DNA of 64,000 nt from a virus. Shown in pieces: positions 36,432-46,064 of the stretch (within the stretch, counting starts at the first letter, position 1; the number at the start of each line of letters is the position of its first letter). A program made the translations under genes and the position numbers. The notes beneath the pieces were generated by a model. It searched no databases, had not been told where the DNA came from, and saw nothing but the letters and a program-made list of their open reading frames with translations. The DNA lies in IMG/VR virus record IMGVR_UViG_3300017779_000001; one strand, written 5' to 3'.

Positions 36432-37348
36432 GTGGTAATAAACACGACAATGGTGTACATGAGATAGGTACATCAGAAATGAAAAATGCATATATGGAAG
36501 ATACTCCAGGCCAAATGGTTGAGAGATACATCAAAGAAGCAAAAAAGAAAAATGATGATGTAAAACAAAAGTTACACTTTAGTCAGAAGTTTGATAATCC
36601 TTTGAAAGGTTTCCCATATAACGAATCAGTAGAGGTTGATGAAGGTGCATTCTATGGTAGAGATGATTTGGTAAAACAATTTGCACCCACTAAAGCACAG
36701 AAAAAACTCAATGTCAGATTAGTTAAAAATGACAAAAAGGGATACTCACGTGCAACTTTAAACATCAAGAAAGACAAGAAGAAGATTGCACAACTTAAGA
36801 AGGATGGGTATAAAGTAGACCCAACATACTACACTGAAGAATACATAGAAGAAGATGTTATGAGTTTTCTTTCAGTTGCACTACCAGCTTATATAGCAGT
36901 AAATACAGTCGCACTTGTAGGTCTTATAGCATCCGAAATGGCAGGAATTGATATTATTGGTAAAACTGAAAAAGCAATAGAAAACATAAAAAGTAAATTC
37001 AAAAGAAATAAAAATTATAAACCTTCAAATAGTGAACTAGAAACTCTTAAAAAAGTTGGTCAGGAAATTAAAAAGAAAGACCCCAGTGCATATAAAAAGG
37101 CACAACAAAAAGTAAACAGCATGAAAGAATCTTTTGAACCTCTAGAAGAAGATTCATTCGATGACAAGTCAAAGAAAAGTGGTATCAGTGTTGGTGTACT
37201 TAAGAAAGTATATAAACGTGGAGTCGCTGCATGGAAGACAGGACATAGGCCTGGTACAACACCTGAACAGTGGGGTCATGCAAGAGTGAATGCATTTATT
37301 GTCAAGAAGAAAAAAGGTAATTTAAACCACGACAAGGACTTAGCATGA
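36428..37348 (+). CDS. hypothetical late/virion protein
   Basis: C-terminal KSGIS...VYKRGVAAWKTGHRPG..PEQWG.ARVN module; AAGGAG SD. Confidence 0.75.
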   Translation: MSGNKHDNGVHEIGTSEMKNAYMEDTPGQMVERYIKEAKKKNDDVKQKLHFSQKFDNPLKGFPYNESVEVDEGAFYGRDDLVKQFAPTKAQKKLNVRLVKNDKKGYSRATLNIKKDKKKIAQLKKDGYKVDPTYYTEEYIEEDVMSFLSVALPAYIAVNTVALVGLIASEMAGIDIIGKTEKAIENIKSKFKRNKNYKPSNSELETLKKVGQEIKKKDPSAYKKAQQKVNSMKESFEPLEEDSFDDKSKKSGISVGVLKKVYKRGVAAWKTGHRPGTTPEQWGHARVNAFIVKKKKGNLNHDKDLA

Positions 37349-37944
37349 AGACGTTGAGAGAACAAGGTGTTGATTTAGTTATTGAATCACTACAAGAAAA
37401 CAACACCAACTTTTTAGACAATCCATATAGATTGGGGTCTACAATGTATTTTGAAGTAATTAAAGAAGTAAAACGATTAGTTGCAGAAGATAGATACAGA
37501 TTAACAGAAGTTGACAAGATGACTATTGAAACAGACATAGGTCAATTTGAAATTTTTGAAGGTGAATTAGTACCATTGGATTGTCCTATGGAAGAGACTG
37601 AACCTTCAATTTTCGAAAAGTTAAATCTAAAAGGTTTAACATTCGAAGAAAAGGATGAGAAGGAAAAGGAACTAAACAAACCTAAAAGGGGTGGAGCTAA
37701 GAAGTTCTATGTTTATGTCAAAGACCCTTCTTCAGGTAATGTAAAGAAAGTTAGTTTCGGTGCAAAAGACGGAGGGAGTAATCTATCAGTTAAGTTAGAT
37801 GACCCCGAAGCAAGAAAGTCATTTGCAGCTAGACATAACTGTTCATCCCAAACGGATAAAACATCAGCTGCCTATTGGAGTTGCAGACTACCACGTTATG
37901 CAAAACAATTAGGACTATCAGGTGGTGGTTCATTCTTTTGGTAA
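37345..37944 (+). CDS. hypothetical late/virion protein
   Basis: KKFYVYVK...KVSFG...RKSFAARHNC...YWSC module. Confidence 0.75.
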   Translation: MKTLREQGVDLVIESLQENNTNFLDNPYRLGSTMYFEVIKEVKRLVAEDRYRLTEVDKMTIETDIGQFEIFEGELVPLDCPMEETEPSIFEKLNLKGLTFEEKDEKEKELNKPKRGGAKKFYVYVKDPSSGNVKKVSFGAKDGGSNLSVKLDDPEARKSFAARHNCSSQTDKTSAAYWSCRLPRYAKQLGLSGGGSFFW

Positions 37945-37958
37945 GATAGGAGTATATT

Positions 37959-38183
37959 ATGAGTGGGGTGAGAACACTATATCACAATTACACATATGAT
38001 AATAGACGTGCAAACGTTTATTCGACAGAACAAGGTTTCGAAGTAGACCTATATATATCAGACAAACAAATTGCAACACGACAGGTTCACAACCATAGTG
38101 AATCTTATGCAGAAGACGTTGCAGATAATTGGTGTCAGAATTTTATTAAACAAATTGATTTGAAAAAAGAGGAATTAGTATAA
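37959..38183 (+). CDS. hypothetical protein
   Basis: AGGAG SD; HSESYAEDVADNW. Confidence 0.7.
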   Translation: MSGVRTLYHNYTYDNRRANVYSTEQGFEVDLYISDKQIATRQVHNHSESYAEDVADNWCQNFIKQIDLKKEELV

Positions 38184-38545
38184 TGGCTATATCATTGAAA
38201 AAAAAGAAAGTGGTTGAAGAAACAAAACCACAACAACACTCGACTGTGGAGTACGACCCCGATACATTGGAAGTTGAAGACCACTCGTTTGAGTTTGAGG
38301 CTCATCTAAGAGATGACACTAACGACAGATTATTACATATCTACAGTAGTAACACTAATCGTAGACATGCATGTATCTATGTAGTCGAAGGTAATCCACT
38401 AAACGGTTATGAAATCGATTTAGTAGAAAACGGTGATTTAATTGCAACAAACCCGATGCCTGATGAGACAGAATTTTACTGTCAATCATGGGCAGACAGA
38501 TGGTCTGAAAAGAAAATCGAAGAGGGTGATAGAATAGAACTGTAA
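38183..38545 (+). CDS. hypothetical protein (C-terminus similar to the preceding gene)
   Basis: RRHACIY...GYEIDL...YCQSWADRW resembles RRANVY...GFEVDL...YAEDVADNW. Confidence 0.7.
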   Translation: MAISLKKKKVVEETKPQQHSTVEYDPDTLEVEDHSFEFEAHLRDDTNDRLLHIYSSNTNRRHACIYVVEGNPLNGYEIDLVENGDLIATNPMPDETEFYCQSWADRWSEKKIEEGDRIEL

Positions 38546-38904
38546 TGGATTTTCCTTTCGAAGACATTGATAGAAGGAAGTACGGAACAGAACAAATCTA
38601 CAAGATACGTAGATTTAAAGGTGAAGTAAATCCCGATGATTTGATATGGCATAGAGACAAAGAAACAAGACTTGTCACAGTGTTAAAATCAGTAGGATGG
38701 AAGTTTCAGTTTGACGAAAAACTACCATTCGAACTTGAGGTTGGAGAAAAGTTTGAAATTACTAGAGAAGTTTATCACAGAATAATAAAAGGAACAGGAG
38801 ATTTGATACTAAGGATAGAAAACTTAGATAGATTTCCACCAACAAAGTATAATAAAGACGGTTCTCCAAAGGACGGGTCGATTATACCACGAGGTAAGTT
38901 TTAA
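38545..38904 (+). CDS. cupin-like hypothetical protein
   Basis: LIWHRDKE...WKFQFD..LP...YHRIIKG. Confidence 0.7.
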   Translation: MDFPFEDIDRRKYGTEQIYKIRRFKGEVNPDDLIWHRDKETRLVTVLKSVGWKFQFDEKLPFELEVGEKFEITREVYHRIIKGTGDLILRIENLDRFPPTKYNKDGSPKDGSIIPRGKF

Positions 38905-38925
38905 AAAAACATAAATAATAGTACT

Positions 38926-39495
38926 ATGAGTTATAAATCAGAAAACTGGAAAGAAAAACTAGAACAAGTCCGTGGACACATAACTTTCAAAGAAGGTAGT
39001 GTAGAGAAGACAGCTGACGACATCTTAAACGAAGAGATAGAAAACGAACTAACCACTGGATTTGAAGAAGATTCACTTCCTGAATTAGATGACGTAGAAG
39101 TAATTCTAGAGGCATCTGCTGGTGGAATGATTGATAAGTTATTCAATCTCAAGGGTGATAAAGATTCACAATACGGTGTTGCAAAGATGTTATCTATGAC
39201 TGGTGTCAAAGTAGTCCAGTCAATGCAGAAACAAAATCCACAAGGATTTGCAAAGTTAGTTGCACAATTAGGTAAAGAGAAAAAGATTACATTACCTACC
39301 AACAACAAACTAATGAAAATGTTCAAAGATGCTGGTGTAAAACCTCTTCCTGAGGAAACCGAAACACCCGAAAAAACTATAGAAAAACTAACAGAAAGAA
39401 ACATGTTAGGTAGACTTGCAAAACAATTACATTTAACAAAGGAAGGAAAGAGGAAAATGTTCAAGTACTTCGAAGAGGGGAGAGAAAATGATTGA
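38926..39495 (+). CDS. hypothetical late protein
   Basis: CATAAATA at 38910; normal codon usage. Confidence 0.7.
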   Translation: MSYKSENWKEKLEQVRGHITFKEGSVEKTADDILNEEIENELTTGFEEDSLPELDDVEVILEASAGGMIDKLFNLKGDKDSQYGVAKMLSMTGVKVVQSMQKQNPQGFAKLVAQLGKEKKITLPTNNKLMKMFKDAGVKPLPEETETPEKTIEKLTERNMLGRLAKQLHLTKEGKRKMFKYFEEGREND

Positions 39496-39811
39496 TGAAC
39501 TAACCAAATCATTAATTTTAACATCACGTGATATCTTAGAGGGTAAGAAACTTGACCCTGTAGGAAAAGAAGACGGTGATGTCGATAATGACGGAGACAA
39601 GGACGATTCAGATAACTATCTTGCAAAGAGAAGAGAAGCTATTGGTAAGGCAATGAATGACGAAGGTAATGAATTCACTAAAGCACTTTCAGATGCAAGA
39701 AAAAACGGAGATAAAGACTTCGTAGTATCAGGTAAAAAGTACACATGTTCAGAAGTAGAAGACTACGAAGCTGACATGAAGAAGAAAGAGAAACTCAAAG
39801 AGAACGACTAA
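39488..39811 (+). CDS. hypothetical late protein with an EF-hand-like DxDxDG motif
   Basis: LDPVGKEDGDVDNDGDKDDSDNYL. Confidence 0.7.
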   Translation: MIDELTKSLILTSRDILEGKKLDPVGKEDGDVDNDGDKDDSDNYLAKRREAIGKAMNDEGNEFTKALSDARKNGDKDFVVSGKKYTCSEVEDYEADMKKKEKLKEND

Positions 39812-40566
39812 TGAACCTATTTCACGAAGCAAAAAAAGTTTTAGATACAGACGGAAAGGTAAACCCCTTAGGCCCGTATGGAAGACAGAAGTTAACAGGT
39901 AGAGAAATATCTACTTATTTCCGTAGGAATCCTGTTAAAGATGCAAACTTAAAGAAAGCAGTGCAAGTTGCACTTGATTTAGGTGGTGCAGATTCTATTG
40001 CTCGAAAAGAAATCAAAAGTTTTTACGGTGATAAAATTCTCAAAGCAAAAGAAGTACAAAATGCATTACAATATGCAAACGAATCAGTAAATCTAGGTGA
40101 GAACTACAGGACTGCAGCTAGACATGGTATGGGTACTGAAGGTAAGAAAGAGGCAAGAGTCGGTTTAGAATTAGACTATTACGATAAAACTGGTACAAAG
40201 TACATGGGTAAAATCGTAAAGAAAGATTCAAAAGGTTACACAGTCAAAGATGACAAAAGTGGTAAGATGCATACGTTTGTCTATCACGACAGAATCAAGG
40301 CAAGAAAATTCTTACAGAAAGTTGGTGAAGAAGGTGATGCAGAAGCCAAAGCAAAATTAAACCTTAAACATGTGCAAGACATGGAGAAGTTAAAGGGTAA
40401 ACAGACAAGAGAAAAAGAAAATATGTCTGAACACAAAAATATTTTAGATGCTTACAAACAAATGTGGGAAGATGGTGTGAAATATGCACCTATAGATGAG
40501 AACATGGAACGGAAAATCATGTCTAAGATGAGAAAAGGAAAAGCACCTAAAGGAATGCCGAGGTAA
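39811..40566 (+). CDS. hypothetical late protein (possibly the 5' part of an interrupted gene)
   Basis: TAATG-coupled; in frame with the next ORF across a single TAA. Confidence 0.7.
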   Translation: MNLFHEAKKVLDTDGKVNPLGPYGRQKLTGREISTYFRRNPVKDANLKKAVQVALDLGGADSIARKEIKSFYGDKILKAKEVQNALQYANESVNLGENYRTAARHGMGTEGKKEARVGLELDYYDKTGTKYMGKIVKKDSKGYTVKDDKSGKMHTFVYHDRIKARKFLQKVGEEGDAEAKAKLNLKHVQDMEKLKGKQTREKENMSEHKNILDAYKQMWEDGVKYAPIDENMERKIMSKMRKGKAPKGMPR

Positions 40567-40569
40567 CTT

Positions 40570-41262
40570 ATGGCAAAGATGTCTAAAGAAATGCCACTAA
40601 AGGTTTTCTCTAAGAAAGTTGGTATCGATAAACAAGAGCAAGAGTGGATTGAAAAGAACGATAAAGACACTCACTACTACAACAATAGTGCATTAAAAAA
40701 CGAATGGTTATCACTAAGTTATCCTATTTACGATGGTGATTACTATTTTGCATTTGTTAACGATAAGGTAAGAGTCAACGCACAGGCAAATGCAAAAGCA
40801 AATAGAAAACTTAGAGAACTTACGACATCATTTTTAGATGCAGAAGCTATATACAAAGAAATGTACCAGTTTTTCCAAATGCAATTCAAACAACACGGTA
40901 GTAGTGATACTATGACTAGAGAAGAACTTTGGAGAGCAGTTTTAGATATCAGAAAGAAAAATCCTGCACCTAAAAGAGAAGTAAAAGAATCAGTGATGGA
41001 TGCATACAAAACAATGCATGAAACAACTCTTAAAGAAGAGATGATTACTTACAGAGTAAAGGGAATGCAGAAACCCGAAGAACAAAAATTCATTCGTTCT
41101 GCAAAAATGATGGGTCTAAAGATTACTATGGACAAAGGTAAGAAAGATACAGTAATCGTTATGAGTGGAACTAAGAAGAAACTCAGAGACTTTGATGCAA
41201 TTGCAAGAGGTAAATCATCATATGGTGACCCTTCAACAATAACACACTTTGACGAGAAGTAA
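40570..41262 (+). CDS. hypothetical late protein (possibly the 3' part of an interrupted gene)
   Basis: Same frame as the 39811 ORF; GAGGT SD-like. Confidence 0.65.
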   Translation: MAKMSKEMPLKVFSKKVGIDKQEQEWIEKNDKDTHYYNNSALKNEWLSLSYPIYDGDYYFAFVNDKVRVNAQANAKANRKLRELTTSFLDAEAIYKEMYQFFQMQFKQHGSSDTMTREELWRAVLDIRKKNPAPKREVKESVMDAYKTMHETTLKEEMITYRVKGMQKPEEQKFIRSAKMMGLKITMDKGKKDTVIVMSGTKKKLRDFDAIARGKSSYGDPSTITHFDEK

Positions 41263-41263
41263 T

Positions 41264-41731
41264 ATGAGAGATTTACTAGAAACATACAAACAAATGCATT
41301 TAGATGAGATTCAACAAAAAGAAGTTGACTCACTAAAAAGACTATCTAAAGATATGCAAGCAGTTCTAAAAGGTTATCAGAAGATTGCACGTATGGGTGA
41401 CAAAGAACTTACGAACATGAAATACAATAAAGATTATGAAGCTGTTCTTAAGGCAAGAGACGTTATCTTGACACTCATTGGTAAAGTAAACACTCAAAAG
41501 ATTCTCAACAAAGAAGAGACAGTAAAGGACTTAGACGAAGCACCAAAGATGAAGAAAATTTCTATCTATGGTTCAGAAATATCAGGACTAAAACGTTCCA
41601 ATGGAAGTAAACTAGGAACGTATACTGCTAAACCTGTAATTCTTAAAGGTAAGTTAGCATTCAGAGTCCAAGATGACAGTGGTTCATTTGAAACACTTGA
41701 CCTTAAATCTTTTGCAAAAATGTACGGATAG
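41264..41731 (+). CDS. hypothetical late protein
   Basis: MRDLLETYKQMHLDE. Confidence 0.7.
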   Translation: MRDLLETYKQMHLDEIQQKEVDSLKRLSKDMQAVLKGYQKIARMGDKELTNMKYNKDYEAVLKARDVILTLIGKVNTQKILNKEETVKDLDEAPKMKKISIYGSEISGLKRSNGSKLGTYTAKPVILKGKLAFRVQDDSGSFETLDLKSFAKMYG

Positions 41732-41733
41732 AC

Positions 41734-42327
41734 ATGAAAAAAGAAAAGAAAACAATGACTGTACAAGAAGTAGAAAAACTTATGACTACTGATGCACGAT
41801 TTAAAGTTTTCAAAGAGAAGTTAAAAAAACTTGGTTATGTTAAGAAGAACATGGCAGAAGTTAGACAGATTATGGAAATAATCTCAGACTTCGGTATGAT
41901 GTCAGATGCTGGTAACAAAAAGATTGCACGTGCAGTATCACAGTCAAAAAACGAAAAAGATTTAAGAGCTAAAATCCTTAAGATATCTACAATGGCAAAG
42001 GGTAAGTATGCTGAGGCAGATGAGGATGAAGTTATTAATAGAGCTTTAGATGCTTTACAATCAAAAGCAAAAGGAGTACAGAACAGACCCGATGCATCAA
42101 TGTTGATGCAACTTAGAAAGTTTAAAGACGGTACTAAGGACGGAGAAGTAAGAACAGATGACATGAAAAAGACTAAAGTCAGTAATGTAGATGCAGTCAA
42201 AGTTCATGACACTTTAATGAAGGTTAGAGCACCTGTTCGTACTAAATACTTACAACTATTACAAAAGGATACAAAGTCATTCAATAAAGCATTTAACGCT
42301 ATATTGAGAGTATCCAAATCAAATTAG
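41734..42327 (+). CDS. hypothetical late protein
   Basis: DARFKVFKEKLKKLGY motif. Confidence 0.7.
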   Translation: MKKEKKTMTVQEVEKLMTTDARFKVFKEKLKKLGYVKKNMAEVRQIMEIISDFGMMSDAGNKKIARAVSQSKNEKDLRAKILKISTMAKGKYAEADEDEVINRALDALQSKAKGVQNRPDASMLMQLRKFKDGTKDGEVRTDDMKKTKVSNVDAVKVHDTLMKVRAPVRTKYLQLLQKDTKSFNKAFNAILRVSKSN

Positions 42328-42336
42328 GAGAATAAA

Positions 42337-42888
42337 ATGGCACTATGGGGAGTATCAGACGCAGACGAAAGTAAACCAAAATATCTTTCAGATGCAGACA
42401 AGAAAAACTGTATAGCTAAACCTGAGGGTTGGGTTCTTAAGAAAGCAGTTGGTTCAAGAAATCTAGAAGAGATTCTTGTTGCAACTGGAGCAGACCTTGC
42501 CGTTGGAATTGGCCAAGCAGATATTACAAACATCGAATTTGTATCAACAGCATTCGATAAATCAGAAGGTGGAACACTATCTGTTAAAGTTATATTCAAT
42601 GAGAATGTAACTGTCAGTGGAACACCAACATTAACAGTTGTTAATGACCAAAGAACAAACCACACATTATCATATGCAAGTGGTTCAACATCTAACGAAC
42701 TCGTATTCAACCTTGCAATCGGAGCTGCAAATGCAGCGACAAACGCAGGTGACGAATTAAGTATTGGTGCAAACACAATGAACTTAAGTGGTGGAACAGT
42801 TGTTGACACAGCAGGTGGTGGTAACGCAACAATCACAAACAGTGGTGCAATAGGAACAGCTGCTGGAACTATAACAGTAGTTGCATAA
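42337..42888 (+). CDS. putative virion structural protein with an Ig-like beta domain
   Basis: MALWG...KPKYL; FNENVTVSGTPTL...YASGSTSNELVF; AGGAG SD. Confidence 0.7.
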   Translation: MALWGVSDADESKPKYLSDADKKNCIAKPEGWVLKKAVGSRNLEEILVATGADLAVGIGQADITNIEFVSTAFDKSEGGTLSVKVIFNENVTVSGTPTLTVVNDQRTNHTLSYASGSTSNELVFNLAIGAANAATNAGDELSIGANTMNLSGGTVVDTAGGGNATITNSGAIGTAAGTITVVA

Positions 42889-42890
42889 TT

Positions 42891-43328
42891 ATGAAAAATT
42901 TTAAAGAATACATTTCTGAAAACATGGTAGGATATCAAGGTGCGGGGTTATCTTCGCACAAGGTTCCTCATGACTTAGAAGACTCAGATGTAAAAAACAC
43001 CATCAATGCAATTCTAGGACACACTGCAGTGTCAGAATTCTTGAATCCAAAAGCTGCAATTGCACAAATCGAAGCAAAACTTGCACTGTTAGGATTAAAC
43101 AGAGAAGAAGTTGTATCTGATGACCCACGAGTAGATGGGACTGAAGGTGACGAACTAACTGAAAACGGTGAGTTTGAGATTCCTTTTTCACGATATGGAA
43201 ATATCATCGGTAAAACTGTAGACACACCTATCGATGAACTAGAAACAGAGTCAGTCATCTACAACGTTAAAGTAAAGTACGAGCAATTAGAGAACGGTAC
43301 ATACAAAGTTTACGGTAGTTTAGTATAA
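42891..43328 (+). CDS. hypothetical protein with a capsid-targeting-like N-terminus
   Basis: MKNFKEYISE. Confidence 0.7.
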   Translation: MKNFKEYISENMVGYQGAGLSSHKVPHDLEDSDVKNTINAILGHTAVSEFLNPKAAIAQIEAKLALLGLNREEVVSDDPRVDGTEGDELTENGEFEIPFSRYGNIIGKTVDTPIDELETESVIYNVKVKYEQLENGTYKVYGSLV

Positions 43329-43364
43329 TTCTCTGTTGAGGATTGTACTAAATATAATTACATT

Positions 43365-43736
43365 ATGAGTCTTTTTGATAAATTAACAGTGAAGAATTTC
43401 AGTGCTTTCGCAATGAAGCACTACGATGACCCTCAGTGTGAGAGTCTAGATGATTTTCAGGATGATTTAAGAAGATTCAGATATCTTAAACGATTACTAT
43501 ATCGTTATCACGAGTTTGGTGAGTCTAGAGAAAGACTCATGTTAAATCACATCATTTGTCTCTTCAATGTATTCGGATATGATGCTTGTATGAGAATGTT
43601 AGAATTCAAAATCAACGAAGATTCATACTGGTCAACTATAAAAACATTACTTCTTTATATGGAATACGTTAGAGAAGACTGGAGACCCGAAATACCAATA
43701 GACGGTATACTGGTAAATAAACTTAGAGAACTATAA
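43365..43736 (+). CDS. conserved T4-like hypothetical protein
   Basis: AMKHYDDPQC...DLRRFRYLKRL...RLMLNHII.L.NVFG. Confidence 0.8.
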   Translation: MSLFDKLTVKNFSAFAMKHYDDPQCESLDDFQDDLRRFRYLKRLLYRYHEFGESRERLMLNHIICLFNVFGYDACMRMLEFKINEDSYWSTIKTLLLYMEYVREDWRPEIPIDGILVNKLREL

Positions 43737-44353
43737 TGCCAAATAGAATGATAGACTCACTAATAGTTTTCAGAATACTGAAGATGTTAGTAACACCCTT
43801 TAAGAAGACACAGGCATATAGGTTTGGATTTATTGATGAGAAAGGAAATAGAATAAAGACACTACCCGACCCCACAAATCCACAAATAAAAATCGAGAAC
43901 AACCCGAAGACGGGTGAAGAAAAGAATTCATTAACACCACTACATAGATTGGTGTTCAACCTAAAGAAACTGATAGAGAAAGTTCCTTTTGGTAAATCAC
44001 AATTAGCTTCCTATGCAGTTGCACTTGCACTGTTAAAGGAACACTTTGAATTAGACGACATACAGGCAGATATCCTGTGTGAAGATTTTTATAGACACCT
44101 CAAAGATACAGAGGCATTAACCCCCGAGACAATCGCAGAAGGGGTCGAGGTTGGTAAACTAAACCTAGGTTCTTACAAGTTAAGAAGACAGTTGAAACAG
44201 AACGAAGATGTAGATTCATATAGTTTTATAGTCTATCCTGAGAAGACAGACATAGAAGTAGTTGCAGAACACTCCATAGTGTATGGACTAAGTGTATATG
44301 TCGGTTTCATCGGAGAAGAAAGAGTATTGGTAACAGAAGATGATGTTTACTGA
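43736..44353 (+). CDS. conserved T4-like hypothetical protein
   Basis: FRILKMLVTPF..T.AY..G.IDEKG...TPLHRLVFNLK. Confidence 0.8.
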   Translation: MPNRMIDSLIVFRILKMLVTPFKKTQAYRFGFIDEKGNRIKTLPDPTNPQIKIENNPKTGEEKNSLTPLHRLVFNLKKLIEKVPFGKSQLASYAVALALLKEHFELDDIQADILCEDFYRHLKDTEALTPETIAEGVEVGKLNLGSYKLRRQLKQNEDVDSYSFIVYPEKTDIEVVAEHSIVYGLSVYVGFIGEERVLVTEDDVY

Positions 44354-45233
44354 GAGTAAAGATTGGGACAATATATCTTACGATAAGAAAGAGAATCTCA
44401 AACAACCTAAGTATGAAAATATAGAGTTGTTTGATGATAACTGGAAAGACATAAAGTTACCCGAACCCCCAAAGAACAGTTCACCTGAGTGTCTACAAGA
44501 CTTCAAAAGAACTAAACGTACATCTCTAAATGTTACAGAAGAACAAAAAGAACAGTATAAATTGTGTGACGAAGATTCATCACACTTCATCAAGAAATAT
44601 CTTGATGACAATAATCTTGAATACGAAGACGATAGAATAGAATACATTGAACAACAATGTGTACCCATCGTCAGACACTTCAAGATGCACTACAATAGAA
44701 TTCGTCCATATCAATTTGCAAAGTTGATAAACGATGAGTATGAAAGATTTGTGACAGACACTGCAAAGACACCATCATACCCATCAGGACACACAGTACA
44801 ACCCTATGTTGTTGCACTATACTATGGAGGTCAGTATCCCGACCATAAGGAAGGGTTACTAAAGGGAGCAGATATATGTGCATATGGTAGGGTTCTCGCA
44901 GGGTTACATTATGTAACCGACTACAAAGCTGGCATAACACTCGCAGAAGGGTTATACGACCATATGGTACCCGAGGTGTTTGATGAAGATGCACCTATCA
45001 ACTCTACAGGGGCAGCTGTTTCGACAGACAAACCTGTAGTGAGACGTAAGAAACATTCTGTAGACAACAGAATATTTAAATTAATGACAAGAAACCCCTT
45101 GCAAAAAGTGGTTGCAGAAGGTATAATAGATGATACACTTTTGAAATTGGATTTGGATAGAGGACGAGAGGTTGTCCTTGAAAACAGTCTCACAAAAGAA
45201 ATAGAAATTATATCGTATGCAAGGAAGTCTTAA
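44340..45233 (+). CDS. PAP2-family phosphatase
   Basis: K.HYNRIRP, PSYPSGH, RVLAGLHY.TD. Confidence 0.85.
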   Translation: MMFTESKDWDNISYDKKENLKQPKYENIELFDDNWKDIKLPEPPKNSSPECLQDFKRTKRTSLNVTEEQKEQYKLCDEDSSHFIKKYLDDNNLEYEDDRIEYIEQQCVPIVRHFKMHYNRIRPYQFAKLINDEYERFVTDTAKTPSYPSGHTVQPYVVALYYGGQYPDHKEGLLKGADICAYGRVLAGLHYVTDYKAGITLAEGLYDHMVPEVFDEDAPINSTGAAVSTDKPVVRRKKHSVDNRIFKLMTRNPLQKVVAEGIIDDTLLKLDLDRGREVVLENSLTKEIEIISYARKS

Positions 45234-46044
45234 ACATCTTAACTGGTTAGCACTAGGTACTGCAATAGGTATCGCAGGGATAGCTGCATGGTTCTCAGTA
45301 TTGGGACTTGCAACTATGTTCAGTGGTGCATGGTTGTCCGTGGTAATCATGGCAGGGTCTTTAGAATTTGGTAAGTTAGTAACTGCAGCTTATCTACACT
45401 TGCAGTGGGATAGATTAAATTACATGAAATACTATTTGACTACTGCAGTCGTAGTGTTAATGTTGATTACGTCATTGGGTATATTTGGGTTCCTTTCAAA
45501 AGCAAACATTGAGACAACACTTACGGGTGATTCGTATACACTTGAAATGTCTATCATAGACAAGAGAATAGAAAGTAAAGAATCACAACTTGCAAGACTA
45601 GAACAGAGAGTTACAACACTTGACCAAGTGATAGAAACTGCAAGACCTCAAGATAGAAATTACATCGATGGAAGACAAAGAGAAGAAAGACAACAGATTG
45701 CATCTGATGTTGACCTCATAATCGATGACATAGTAAAACTCAATGAAGATAAACTACCCCTTCAAAGACTAGAATTAGAACAGGAAGGTGAGATTGGCCC
45801 TATCAAGTATGTTGCAGAAGTAATATACGGACAAGAGAATGCCAAAGACTATCTAGACAATGCAGTAAGGTGGGTCATATATGCAATTATATTTGTGTTT
45901 GACCCTCTTGCAGTATTATTACTCATAACTGCAACAGGATTACTTGCAAATCCAGCAGGTTCACACCCAAGACCCGTAATCAAGAAAAAAACCTCATTAT
46001 TAGTACCAAAAGAAAGAATAAGTGACTTTACAAAAAACAGTTAA
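45217..46044 (+). CDS. membrane protein with a coiled-coil loop
   Basis: Three N-terminal TMs (LEFGKLV, ITSLGIFGFLSKA), GPIKYVAE, FVFDPLAV. Confidence 0.8.
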   Translation: MQGSLKHLNWLALGTAIGIAGIAAWFSVLGLATMFSGAWLSVVIMAGSLEFGKLVTAAYLHLQWDRLNYMKYYLTTAVVVLMLITSLGIFGFLSKANIETTLTGDSYTLEMSIIDKRIESKESQLARLEQRVTTLDQVIETARPQDRNYIDGRQREERQQIASDVDLIIDDIVKLNEDKLPLQRLELEQEGEIGPIKYVAEVIYGQENAKDYLDNAVRWVIYAIIFVFDPLAVLLLITATGLLANPAGSHPRPVIKKKTSLLVPKERISDFTKNS

Positions 46045-46064
46045 TCTGTTATACTTAATATATT

